From: an uncultured Lachnospiraceae bacterium
GTDB lineage: Bacteria > Bacillota > Clostridia > Christensenellales > UBA1242
DNA length: 38,862 nucleotides
Reading direction: 5' to 3'
Assembly: GCA_964651835.1 (NCBI GenBank)
Contig: CAZYYI010000002.1
Location: 1 to 38,862 of the forward strand
Position numbers and translations under genes: made by a program. Shown piece by piece: positions 1 to 8,855 of the stretch (positions are counted from its first letter, which is position 1; each line of letters begins with the position of its first letter). The notes beneath the pieces are model-generated. The model was not told where the DNA came from. It saw only the letters and a list, made by a program, of their open reading frames with translations, and made no database searches.

Positions 1-247
1 CTTGAATCAAAATTTCTTCATAACTTCCGTCACCAGCATACTTCAAAAACTCAAGTGGTTCACCAGCAGAAATCTTTGCAGCAACTTCCCTAATAATTTT
101 CATAGGCAAACATAGTACATCAAGTTTTGTGTTAATTATCGCAATATGCCTTTGCTTGTCCTCTACACTTTCGCCTCTAGCAAAAGATTTTAAATCTTTC
201 ACAAATTTGTTATAGTCGCTTTTGCTTTTAATTATAATTTTTTCCAT
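1..247 (-). CDS. hypothetical protein, N-terminal 82 codons only (runs off window start); faint resemblance to DNA alkylation-repair/HEAT-like proteins
   Basis: Uninterrupted frame from ATG at 247-245 (MEKIIIKSKSDYNKFVKDLKSFARGESVEDKQRH...) to the window edge. It is absent from the ORF track because it is truncated. AGGAA-type SD lies inside the 3' end of the upstream gene, with only 9 nt between the upstream stop (257) and this ATG. Confidence 0.5.
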   Translation of the reverse strand, partial: MEKIIIKSKSDYNKFVKDLKSFARGESVEDKQRHIAIINTKLDVLCLPMKIIREVAAKISAGEPLEFLKYAGDGSYEEILIQ

Positions 248-256
248 AGCAATTTC

Positions 257-2362
257 CTACTTGACCTCATAAACTGCATTTAGCGACGATAACTTATTTT
301 TGAGTTTTGTAAGTTCCTCTCTTCCCTTAACCATTACACCAAGTTTGATGACTAAGTCACCAAGCCTATTTGTAGATGTATTGAGCGAAGTAACTTTTAC
401 ACCCATTTCACCAACAGAGTTTGTAATATCCATATAAATGGTAGGAGTGTTGCGTACAACTAGATCAAGACTTGAATTAAATTCAAAACCTTTTTCTTTG
501 TTAATATTCCAATCAACATTAATCAGTCTTGACTCATTTAACTTTTCAAGACTTTCACAATCAGTTTTATGGATAATTATGCCTCTACCTCTTGAAACAT
601 AGCCCACAATTTTGTCACCAGGAATTGGACAGCAAAGCTTACAATATTTGGTAAGTGTACCTTCTGTTCCAATAATATCTGCCTTGTTTTCAATGTTGAG
701 TGGCAATTTTCTGACATTTCCGCTCATCATTTGCGATTTTTTGTCATCACTTAATTTTAAATTAAGTAGTTTTGTTACAATGCCCTCAGCCTTAATTGAG
801 CCATAACCAATTGAAGCATAAATATCATCAATACCCAAAAATGCACTCTTTTTAAGAATCTCATTTATATATTCATCTTTCATAATTGATGCAAGCTGAA
901 TATCATTACTTTTAGCATAATTTTCAATCATTGCTTTTCCAAGTTTGATATTTTCCTCTTTCATCTGTTTTTTGAAGAATGAGCCAATCTTATCTTTTGC
1001 CTGCTGAGTTCTTACTTTTTTTATCCAATCTCTTGATGGACCTTTTGAACTTTGTGAAGTTAAAATTTCAACAACATCACCGTTTTGAAGAGTGCTAAAA
1101 AGTGGAACCATACTGCCATTAACTTTTGCACCAACACACTTGTTTCCAACCTCTGAGTGAATCATATAAGCAAAGTCAATAGGTGTTGAGTTTTCAGGCA
1201 TTTTTACAACTTTGCCCTTTGGTGAACAAACAAAAATTTCACCAAGGTACACATCAGTTTTAAGTTCTTTTAAAAGTTCAGAACCTGAAACCTCATCTTT
1301 GTTTTCAAGCATTTTACGAATCCAAATAAGTTTACTATCAATATTAGCAATGCTATTTTTATGCTCTTTATACAAAAAGTGAGCTGCGACACCATATTCA
1401 GCGAACTCATGCATTGCATAAGTTCTAATTTGAATTTCAAAAAATTCATGATTAAAGTAAACCGTTGTATGAAGTGACTGATAGCCATTTGGCTTTGGGC
1501 TTGCAATATAATCTTTAAACCTTCCATCAACTGGAGTAAGTGAACTATGCACAAGACCAAGAGCCGTATAACATTCTGCAACGCTATCAACCAAAATTCT
1601 GACAGCTGAAATATCATAAATATTTTTAAGTGTCAATTTCTTTTGATTAAGTTTGTTATATATACTAGACAAGTGTTTTACTCTGCCATAACAAGTGCAT
1701 TTTATACCACTATCTGCAAGCATAGTTTTAAGTTTTTCAACAACACTTTCAATCATCAAATTGTTTGCACGAGTTTCGTTCTGCACATCTTCAAGAAGTT
1801 TTAAATACTCTTCTTTTTTATGGAAATAAAATGATAAATCTTGAAGTTCTGATTTTATTTCAGATAGACCAAGACGAGCTGCAATTGGTACAAAAATATC
1901 ATCAATAGACTTAAACACTTCTTCTGATTTAACATTATGAAAATCCTTATTATGCCTTGCATATACAAGTACATCTGCAATTTTGATAATAATTACCCTA
2001 ATATCTTTAGTGATAGCGATAAGCATTTCTTTAAGTCCGTCAGCATCAGTATAATTTTTAGCTAAGCTATTGCACTTTTCAAGCTTTTTTAAAAGACTAA
2101 GCACATCAGCATTATCAGTAAGTGGCTTGCCAAATTTAAATTCACTATTAGCTTGAATTAAGATATTTTTAACAGCGAAAATTAAAGCAGCACAAACACT
2201 TGAAGCGTCAAGCTTTAATCCAACAACCAAATTTGCAAGTTCATCAGCCTCAGCCAAAAGTTTTTCATTACCTGCAAGTTTTAAAAGTTGTTCTCTTGTT
2301 TCAAAAATTTGGCAATACTCTTTTTCTTCATATTTTTTTTCAAGAAACTTTTTATCTAACAT
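257..2362 (-). CDS. relA: long RelA/SpoT homologue (p)ppGpp synthetase with degenerate N-terminal hydrolase domain, TGS and C-terminal ACT-like regions
   Basis: Synthetase core: YGRVKHLSSIYNKL..ISAVRILV..DGRFKDYIASPKPNGYQSLHTTV..EIQIRTYAMHEFAEYGVAAH. TGS-like segment: FVCSPKGKVVKMPENSTPIDFAYMIHSEVG. Start moved from track 2398 to ATG 2362 (MLDKKF), which has an AGAAGGGG SD upstream. Confidence 0.85.
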   Translation of the reverse strand: MLDKKFLEKKYEEKEYCQIFETREQLLKLAGNEKLLAEADELANLVVGLKLDASSVCAALIFAVKNILIQANSEFKFGKPLTDNADVLSLLKKLEKCNSLAKNYTDADGLKEMLIAITKDIRVIIIKIADVLVYARHNKDFHNVKSEEVFKSIDDIFVPIAARLGLSEIKSELQDLSFYFHKKEEYLKLLEDVQNETRANNLMIESVVEKLKTMLADSGIKCTCYGRVKHLSSIYNKLNQKKLTLKNIYDISAVRILVDSVAECYTALGLVHSSLTPVDGRFKDYIASPKPNGYQSLHTTVYFNHEFFEIQIRTYAMHEFAEYGVAAHFLYKEHKNSIANIDSKLIWIRKMLENKDEVSGSELLKELKTDVYLGEIFVCSPKGKVVKMPENSTPIDFAYMIHSEVGNKCVGAKVNGSMVPLFSTLQNGDVVEILTSQSSKGPSRDWIKKVRTQQAKDKIGSFFKKQMKEENIKLGKAMIENYAKSNDIQLASIMKDEYINEILKKSAFLGIDDIYASIGYGSIKAEGIVTKLLNLKLSDDKKSQMMSGNVRKLPLNIENKADIIGTEGTLTKYCKLCCPIPGDKIVGYVSRGRGIIIHKTDCESLEKLNESRLINVDWNINKEKGFEFNSSLDLVVRNTPTIYMDITNSVGEMGVKVTSLNTSTNRLGDLVIKLGVMVKGREELTKLKNKLSSLNAVYEVK

Positions 2363-3671
2363 TATTTTCCCCTTCTTTTCCAAGTTTTTCCTTAGCATTT
2401 GAAAGCATTAATTTAATGCGATTTTCTTGATTGATTTTAGATGCAGAAGCATCATAATCAATTGCAATGATATTTGCTTCTGGGTTTTTGTCCCTAACTG
2501 CCTTCATCATACCCTTGCCAACAATATGGTTTGGCAAACATCCAAATGGCTGAGTACAAATTATATTGTTTATGCCTCTATCAATAAGTTCAACCATTTC
2601 AGCGGTAAGTAGCCAGCCTTCACCCATCTTTACACCTTCACTTATATAACCTTCTCTAAATTTTACAGTTTTAGAAAAGCTGGTAGGTGCTCTGAAAGTT
2701 CCGTCATCTTCAATAATTTTTATTATCTCATCATTTTTCTTTAAAAAGGCTTTATAGATAAATTTAGATACAAAAGCTTTAAACTTTCTAACACCATATA
2801 ATTTTGCATCGTCCATAAAGGTTGTTAAGAAGTAGAGCATAAAATCGACAAGTCCTGGAACATAAACTTCTGCACCCTCTTCCACCAAAAACCTTTCAAG
2901 ATTATTATTGCCAAGTGGCGAATATTTAACAAATATTTCACCAACAATACCAACTTTTGGCTTTACCTCACTGGTACGTTTAATGCTGGCAAAACTCTTA
3001 ACAATTTCTTTCAAATTTTCTCTTACGTGACTATATTTCATAAGTTTTTTGCTTAGCAGTTCACTTGAAATTTTATTGATCCAAAAATCAACCATTTTGT
3101 TTGTGTCGCCCTTATTTACTTCATATGGCTCACACTGATTTTTGAGAAGCATTAGTAAATCACCATAAATGCAACACTTAAACATATTATAATAATCACG
3201 AATTTTAAACCTAAAGCCTGGTTGCGACTTCATTTTGCTAAAGTTAAATGACAATATTGGCACATAGCCATAGCCAGCTTTTTTGAGAGCTTTAAGCAAA
3301 AGGTGCCAATAGTTTGAAGCTCTGCACCCACCACCAGTTTGTGCAACAACAAGCGCAATTTTGTGCGTGTCATAGTCACCCGAAAGCACAGCGTGCATAA
3401 GCTCACCAATAACCAAAGTAGACGGATAACAAATATCATTATGCACACACTTCAAGCCCGTTTCGATAACATCAGTGTTTGAATAGTCAAGCACCTCTGC
3501 ATCATAGCCAAATTGCCTAAGCATATTTTTAAGCAAAGTAAAATGAATGGGGAGCATTGTAGGAATCAAAACTTTATAAGTTTTTTTCATCTCCTCAGTA
3601 AAAATTGCTGAACCATCTTCTGCGTTTACAAGTACGCCGTCAATCTCTTTTACTTTCTTCTTTTCTTTCAT
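2352..3671 (-). CDS. 2-hydroxyacyl-CoA dehydratase-related / 'CoA enzyme activase' C-terminal-module protein (DUF2229-like)
   Basis: N-terminal IPTMLPIHFTLLKNMLRQFGYDAEVL and QTGGGCRASNY, CTQPFGCLPNH motifs are typical of HgdB/BcrC-like dehydratase-family modules that accompany BcrAD/BadFG ATPases. AAGGTG SD before ATG 3671. Overlaps the upstream gene by 32 nt. Confidence 0.65.
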   Translation of the reverse strand: MKEKKKVKEIDGVLVNAEDGSAIFTEEMKKTYKVLIPTMLPIHFTLLKNMLRQFGYDAEVLDYSNTDVIETGLKCVHNDICYPSTLVIGELMHAVLSGDYDTHKIALVVAQTGGGCRASNYWHLLLKALKKAGYGYVPILSFNFSKMKSQPGFRFKIRDYYNMFKCCIYGDLLMLLKNQCEPYEVNKGDTNKMVDFWINKISSELLSKKLMKYSHVRENLKEIVKSFASIKRTSEVKPKVGIVGEIFVKYSPLGNNNLERFLVEEGAEVYVPGLVDFMLYFLTTFMDDAKLYGVRKFKAFVSKFIYKAFLKKNDEIIKIIEDDGTFRAPTSFSKTVKFREGYISEGVKMGEGWLLTAEMVELIDRGINNIICTQPFGCLPNHIVGKGMMKAVRDKNPEANIIAIDYDASASKINQENRIKLMLSNAKEKLGKEGENNVR

Positions 3672-6627
3672 CTAAAACACCTTTTAAACTTCTCAGCCTG
3701 ATTTTTACAGCACCAAGGTTAGTTATTTCATCAATTTTAATTTGTGTATAAAGTTTGTCTTGACTTTCCATAATGCTTCTGACTTCGTCTGAAGTGATTG
3801 CGTCAATGCCACAACCAAAAGATACAAGTTGCACAAGTTCAATATCGTCATTTTTAGCGGCAAATGTAGCGGCATTATACATTCTTGAATGGAATGACCA
3901 TTGATTAAGCACACCTAAGGTTTGTGGTTTAATTAAATCAGAAATGCTGTCTTCTGAAAGCACAACAAAGCCAAGGCTGGTTGCAAGTTTATCAATACCG
4001 TGGCTAACTTCTGGGTCAATATGATATGGTCTGCCTGCAAGTACCAAAGCAAATCTGCCAGTATCCCTTGCAAAGTTAAGAGCTTTTTTGCCCTCTTGCT
4101 TAATATCAAATTTCCACTTTTCGTAAGCAATTTTTGCAGTTTTTACTGCTTTTGCCACTTTATTTTTGTCTATTTTGCAAAGTTTTGCAAGTTCTTTAGC
4201 AAGACCTTTTGCGAGTACTTTTTCATTATTTATATTTAAATATGGATACAAAAATTTAACATCTTTAAGTTTATCGAGGTTAGCATTAAGTAATTCTGAA
4301 TAGTATGCAACCACAGGACAGTTGAAATGATTTTCACCATTCTTTTCATCAATATTGTAAGTTAAGCTTGGATAGAAAATTGCATCAACATGCTTTTCGA
4401 TAAGTTCCAAAATATGCCCATGCATAACTTTTGCTGGATAGCAAACAGTGTCAGATGGAATGGTATATTGACCTTTTTGATAAGTCTTTTTTGTTGTGAA
4501 TCCTGAAAGCACCACATTAAAACCAAGTTCCTCAAACAGAGTTTTGAAAAATGGTGCAAACTCATACATACCAAGACACATAGGCAGTCCAATTGTGAGT
4601 TTGTTTTCATCAATATTTGTTTTGAAAAGTTCTTCAAACTTTTCTCTTTTATATTTGAATAAATTTGGAATCTGGATCATATCAGCGTGGCTTTCACCAA
4701 GGTTTGCACCCTTTTCGCACTGATTACCAGAAATAAACCTGCCACCATCATTAAATAAATTTATTGTAAGGTTGCAATGATTACCACAACCATTACACTT
4801 AACCATTTTTGAGGTGTGTGTAAATTCTTTAAGTTCCTCTCTTGATTTTAGCGATGATTTGCCATTGCTAAGTGATTTTGCATAGAGGGCTGAACCGTAT
4901 GCACCCATAAGCCCTGATATTACTGGGCGGATAACATCTCTGCCAATTTCTCTTTCAAAGGCACGTAGCACTGCGTTATTCAAAAATGTTCCGCCTTGCA
5001 CAATTATATTTTTGCCAAGTGCTTGAGCAGATGCTTCACGAATAACTTTATAAATAGCATTTTTAACAACACTGATAGACAGTCCCGCAGAAATATCACC
5101 AACCTCTGCCCCATCTTTTTGTGCTTGCTTTACAGATGAGTTCATAAACACTGTACACCTTGAACCAAGGTCAACAGGATTTTTTGCAAAGATTGCAAGT
5201 TCTGCAAAATCTTTCACACTGTAGCCTAGTGATTTTGCAAAAGTTTCAATAAACGAACCACAACCAGATGAGCAAGCCTCATTCAAGTTTATGCTGTCTA
5301 TTGAGTTTTTCCTAATCTTAAAACACTTGATATCTTGACCGCCGATGTCCAAAATATAGTCAACCTGCGGATTAAAGTGTTTTGCAGCAGTATAGTGAGC
5401 AAGAGTTTCAACAAGCCCAGCATCAACACCAAAAGCTTTTCTTATAAGCTCTTCACCATAACCAGTTACAACGCTTCCACAAATTGTTATTCTATTATCT
5501 ATAAGTTCATAAATTTTTATAAGTTCAGCTTTAATAATTTCAACTGGGTCACCTTGATTTGAGTTATAATAACTATAAAGTAACTTGTTATCTTCAGAAA
5601 TTAAAACAAGCTTTGTGGTTGTGCTTCCGCAATCAATACCAAGATATGCTTTACCGCTATATTCTTTTATATTAAGTTCTTCTACCGTTGCCTTTTGATG
5701 ACGCTTTAAAAAATCTGCATACTCCTTTTCATCAGCAAAGAGTGGAGCAATTGTTTTTGTAAGTTTTTTTGTTGTTGTTTTGTTTTTTACTTTTGTGATA
5801 AGTTCATCAATTTCAAAAACCTCTTTCTGCTTAGATGCATAAATGCTTGCACCAATAGCAACCGAAATAGGCGCATATTCTGGAAATATTGCGGTTTCTT
5901 CTGTTAAATTTAATGTTTTTACAAACTGCCTTCTAAGCCCTTTGCAAAAATAAAGTGGACCACCCAAAAACATTACCTTACCCTCAATCTTTCTGCCTTG
6001 GGCAAGCCCTGAAATTGTTTGGCTAACAATACTTTGATATATACTTGCTGCAATGTCTTCTTTTCTAGCACCTTGATTTAAGAGTGGCTGAATATCTGAT
6101 TTTGCAAACACACCGCATCTTGAAGCAATTGGATACAACTTTTCACTTTTAAGGCTAAGCTCATCAAGTTCACTGCTTGTCACATTCATAAGGGTTGCCA
6201 TTTGGTCGATAAAAGCACCTGTGCCACCTGCACAAGTACCATTCATACGCTCATCAGTTCCGCCATCAAAAAAGATAACCTTGGCATCTTCACCGCCAAG
6301 TTCAATAACAACGCTTGTATCGCTTTGCAAAGTTTTGACAAGTTCGCTAGTTGCAAAAACTTCTTGAACAAAAGGAAGCCCAAGTTCATTAGCAACGCCC
6401 ATACCAGATGACCCAGAAAATGCAATTTTTAAAGGTTTGCCGCTAATCAATGGCTCAATTTTTTTTAGCTGTTCAACAACCTTTTGCTTGATTAGTGACA
6501 AGTGCCTTTCATAGCAATTATAGATGAGTTTATTATCTTCAAAAAGTGCAAGTTTAATAGTGGTTGAACCAACATCAACCCCTAAAAAAACGCCCTCTTT
6601 TTTAAATATTTTAGTATAAAATTCCAT
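3640..6627 (-). CDS. acyl-CoA dehydratase activase-related protein: two BcrAD/BadFG/HgdC-type ATPase domains plus C-terminal dehydratase-like domain
   Basis: Two ASKHA phosphate-1 motifs (FLGVDVGSTTIKLALF and LGIDCGSTTTKLVLI). Cys-rich linker CNGCGNHCNLT..GNQCEKG. Start set to ATG 6627 (MEFYTKIF, GGAGA SD) rather than the GTG at 6654 used by the track. Confidence 0.75.
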   Translation of the reverse strand: MEFYTKIFKKEGVFLGVDVGSTTIKLALFEDNKLIYNCYERHLSLIKQKVVEQLKKIEPLISGKPLKIAFSGSSGMGVANELGLPFVQEVFATSELVKTLQSDTSVVIELGGEDAKVIFFDGGTDERMNGTCAGGTGAFIDQMATLMNVTSSELDELSLKSEKLYPIASRCGVFAKSDIQPLLNQGARKEDIAASIYQSIVSQTISGLAQGRKIEGKVMFLGGPLYFCKGLRRQFVKTLNLTEETAIFPEYAPISVAIGASIYASKQKEVFEIDELITKVKNKTTTKKLTKTIAPLFADEKEYADFLKRHQKATVEELNIKEYSGKAYLGIDCGSTTTKLVLISEDNKLLYSYYNSNQGDPVEIIKAELIKIYELIDNRITICGSVVTGYGEELIRKAFGVDAGLVETLAHYTAAKHFNPQVDYILDIGGQDIKCFKIRKNSIDSINLNEACSSGCGSFIETFAKSLGYSVKDFAELAIFAKNPVDLGSRCTVFMNSSVKQAQKDGAEVGDISAGLSISVVKNAIYKVIREASAQALGKNIIVQGGTFLNNAVLRAFEREIGRDVIRPVISGLMGAYGSALYAKSLSNGKSSLKSREELKEFTHTSKMVKCNGCGNHCNLTINLFNDGGRFISGNQCEKGANLGESHADMIQIPNLFKYKREKFEELFKTNIDENKLTIGLPMCLGMYEFAPFFKTLFEELGFNVVLSGFTTKKTYQKGQYTIPSDTVCYPAKVMHGHILELIEKHVDAIFYPSLTYNIDEKNGENHFNCPVVAYYSELLNANLDKLKDVKFLYPYLNINNEKVLAKGLAKELAKLCKIDKNKVAKAVKTAKIAYEKWKFDIKQEGKKALNFARDTGRFALVLAGRPYHIDPEVSHGIDKLATSLGFVVLSEDSISDLIKPQTLGVLNQWSFHSRMYNAATFAAKNDDIELVQLVSFGCGIDAITSDEVRSIMESQDKLYTQIKIDEITNLGAVKIRLRSLKGVLDERKEESKRD

Positions 6628-6764
6628 CTTTCGTATAATTCTCCAATCGTACACCTTAAATTATACACAAAATAAGATTTTTTGGCAAACGATAATCATT
6701 GTATAAATTTAGTTGTTGATATGTAATTTTTAAGTTATAATTTAATTGTAAATTAGGAGGCTAT

Positions 6765-7439
6765 ATGTTGATAACCGTAAATTGTCATAGTTCAATAAAA
6801 ATTGATGATATGTTTTTTGACCCATATAACATTGATGATAAAAACTATAATGCTTACAATACTGAAACTGGCAAAATTATGAGCCAAAAAGTTACAGATA
6901 AAACTGCAAAGTTTGTTTTTATCACCCACACACATTTTGACCATTTGAGTATTGATGATATCAAAAAAGTTGCAGATGAAAAAACAACTTTCGTTATCCC
7001 AAAAGATGCCGAAAATGAGATTATTAAAAATTTTAGTGTTAATAAAGTTATTGTGGTAAAACCCAACCAAACTTTAAAACTTGATGATATGAACATTGAA
7101 GTTTTGCCAGCCTATAACAAAATCAAAAAATTCCACCCAAAAGAAAATGGCTGGTTAGGATTTAAAGTTACTAAAAATAATACAAGTTTTGCAGTTTTGG
7201 GCGATACTGACTTAACACCAGAACTTGAAAAACTTAAAGTAGATATTTTAACACTCCCTATCGGTAGCACATTTACAATGAACTACTCAGAAGCTGCCGA
7301 ACTCACAAACATTATTAAACCAAAAGTAGCAATTCCTGTTCACTATGGGCTTTTAGATGGAACTGGAGATAAAAACACAAGTCGTGATTTTAAAAACTTG
7401 GTTGATAATTCAATAAAAGTTGAAATTTTAATACAATAA
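6765..7439 (+). CDS. MBL-fold metallo-hydrolase
   Basis: HxHxDH motif (FITHTHFDHL), later GDTD and VHYG motifs, AGGAGG SD 5 nt upstream of the ATG. Confidence 0.8.
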   Translation: MLITVNCHSSIKIDDMFFDPYNIDDKNYNAYNTETGKIMSQKVTDKTAKFVFITHTHFDHLSIDDIKKVADEKTTFVIPKDAENEIIKNFSVNKVIVVKPNQTLKLDDMNIEVLPAYNKIKKFHPKENGWLGFKVTKNNTSFAVLGDTDLTPELEKLKVDILTLPIGSTFTMNYSEAAELTNIIKPKVAIPVHYGLLDGTGDKNTSRDFKNLVDNSIKVEILIQ

Positions 7440-7465
7440 AAAATCCATACAAAATATGGATTTTT
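7440..7465. terminator. bidirectional intrinsic terminator hairpin
   Basis: AAAATCCATA-CAAAA-TATGGATTTT sits between convergent genes, flanked by A- and T-runs. It overlaps the stop of the minus-strand gene. Confidence 0.65.
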
Positions 7466-8507
7466 ATTTTAGAAAAAAGTATATAGCTGCTGCAACAAGA
7501 GCGGCGGCTGCAACACCAAGAAAGATTTTTACATATTTACCAATACTGCGTGGAACTTTGCCAATCGTTTTGCCGGTTGTTCCGCTAATATATGTTTTAT
7601 ATACTTTGCCTTTGTAGGTAAAGGTGTTAACATAAACTGGAACATATGCAAAGTTAAAAAATACATCTTCTGCCTTGGCTTCTACCATAATATCTCGAAC
7701 TTCCTTAAATCTTGAAAGAACATTCTTTTTCATTTCATCTTCAAGTATTGATTCAGCCTCTTTAGTGATTTTGTTATAATATTCGTGGATATTTTTATCT
7801 ATACTATCTACCCTATAACCATAAGTATACTCTGGAGAATATGGTATAAGTTCTGCATAATCGGTTTCATCAAAAAGTTCCAAAAAGCCATCGTCCTCTA
7901 TGCCAGATGCTGCTTTATCAAGAGATTTTACCCTTTTAAATTTTTCACCAAACACAGGTTTTGCAACACTATAGTAACTGCCAGAAGCATCTTTTCTGAG
8001 TTCAGTTGCTGTTGCCCCGTAAGTTCCACTAACATTAAATGAAAAATTCCAAACAGGAACATACACACCCATCAAGTTATTGTTGATAGCAAATTTTTTA
8101 AGTTTTTTCTTTTCACCAAACTTGTGACTTATATGCTCTAAAAACTTTTTTGATGCTTCTTCTTTGGTTATTTTAAATGGAATAATTGCGTCTGCACAGT
8201 AACCATCACTTTCAACAAGTGTACAAGATGAACCACCGCAGTTTGGACATTTTTTTGATGTACCCTCATAACTCATAAAATAAGTTGATTTGCAATTGTT
8301 GCATCTGTAAGCTTCAAGCATGCGGTTAAGCTGATTAGGGTGAAAATCCTTACTATACTGACGAACAATAACTGCATCGTCCTTTTTTTTCGGCAAAAAA
8401 TAATTTGACTCACAATACTTGCATGTCAAACATTTTTCTTTAGGATTATACCAAAGCTCACTTCCGCAATTTTGGCACTTCGACATTATACTAACTTCAT
8501 CTTTCAT
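7464..8507 (-). CDS. double zinc-ribbon protein with C-terminal transmembrane anchor (uncharacterised family)
   Basis: Two CxxC..CxxC pairs (CQNCGSEL..CLTCKYC; CNNCKST..CPNCGGSSC). C-terminal hydrophobic helix IFLGVAAAALVAAAIYFFL. The start is ambiguous: ATG 8507 or ATG 8486 (MSKCQNCG). Confidence 0.6.
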   Translation of the reverse strand: MKDEVSIMSKCQNCGSELWYNPKEKCLTCKYCESNYFLPKKKDDAVIVRQYSKDFHPNQLNRMLEAYRCNNCKSTYFMSYEGTSKKCPNCGGSSCTLVESDGYCADAIIPFKITKEEASKKFLEHISHKFGEKKKLKKFAINNNLMGVYVPVWNFSFNVSGTYGATATELRKDASGSYYSVAKPVFGEKFKRVKSLDKAASGIEDDGFLELFDETDYAELIPYSPEYTYGYRVDSIDKNIHEYYNKITKEAESILEDEMKKNVLSRFKEVRDIMVEAKAEDVFFNFAYVPVYVNTFTYKGKVYKTYISGTTGKTIGKVPRSIGKYVKIFLGVAAAALVAAAIYFFLK

Positions 8508-8783
8508 AAAACTATTTTATATTTTTTTTAAATCTTTCGCAACCAAATATAATGTAAATTTAATTTTTACCCAAAATTTTATTAAAATATTAAATTTTAC
8601 TTACAAAATAATTTATTTAAAAGGGCTTAAATTTTCCCCCTCTTCCCTGCACCTAACTCCCGCCCCTTCGTTCACACCTAGTATAACAAGAAATTTGCCA
8701 AAAGTCACAAACCCCTGACATGAATTTGAAAAAAAATTTTACTTTCCTAGCAATGTAAATTAAATGAGAGGCAAGGCACAAAA

Positions 8784-8833
8784 AAATTTATAGGCAGGAG
8801 TGTAGTAAATTCTACATGACTATCTATAAATTT
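8784..8833 (-). terminator. long imperfect hairpin followed by a T-run on the minus strand
   Basis: AAATTTATAG (8784-8793) pairs with CTATAAATTT (8824-8833), with an inner TGTAG/CTACA stem. On the minus strand it is followed by TTTTTTT (8777-8783). It lies directly downstream of the 97-aa gene. Confidence 0.6.
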
Positions 8834-8855
8834 TAGCAGTAACACAGCATATCGT

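Noticed and set aside
8630-8760. Riboswitch (cobalamin- or guanidine/ykkC-like) on the minus strand, because of AGGGAAGAGGGGGAAAAT and GGGGCGGGA strings.
   Set aside because: The resemblance is limited to short G-rich strings. Key conserved elements (for example the B12 box GCCACTG, or the ykkC GGTCCGAGAG) are absent, and the downstream gene is not a typical target. It is kept only as an unexplained G-tract island.
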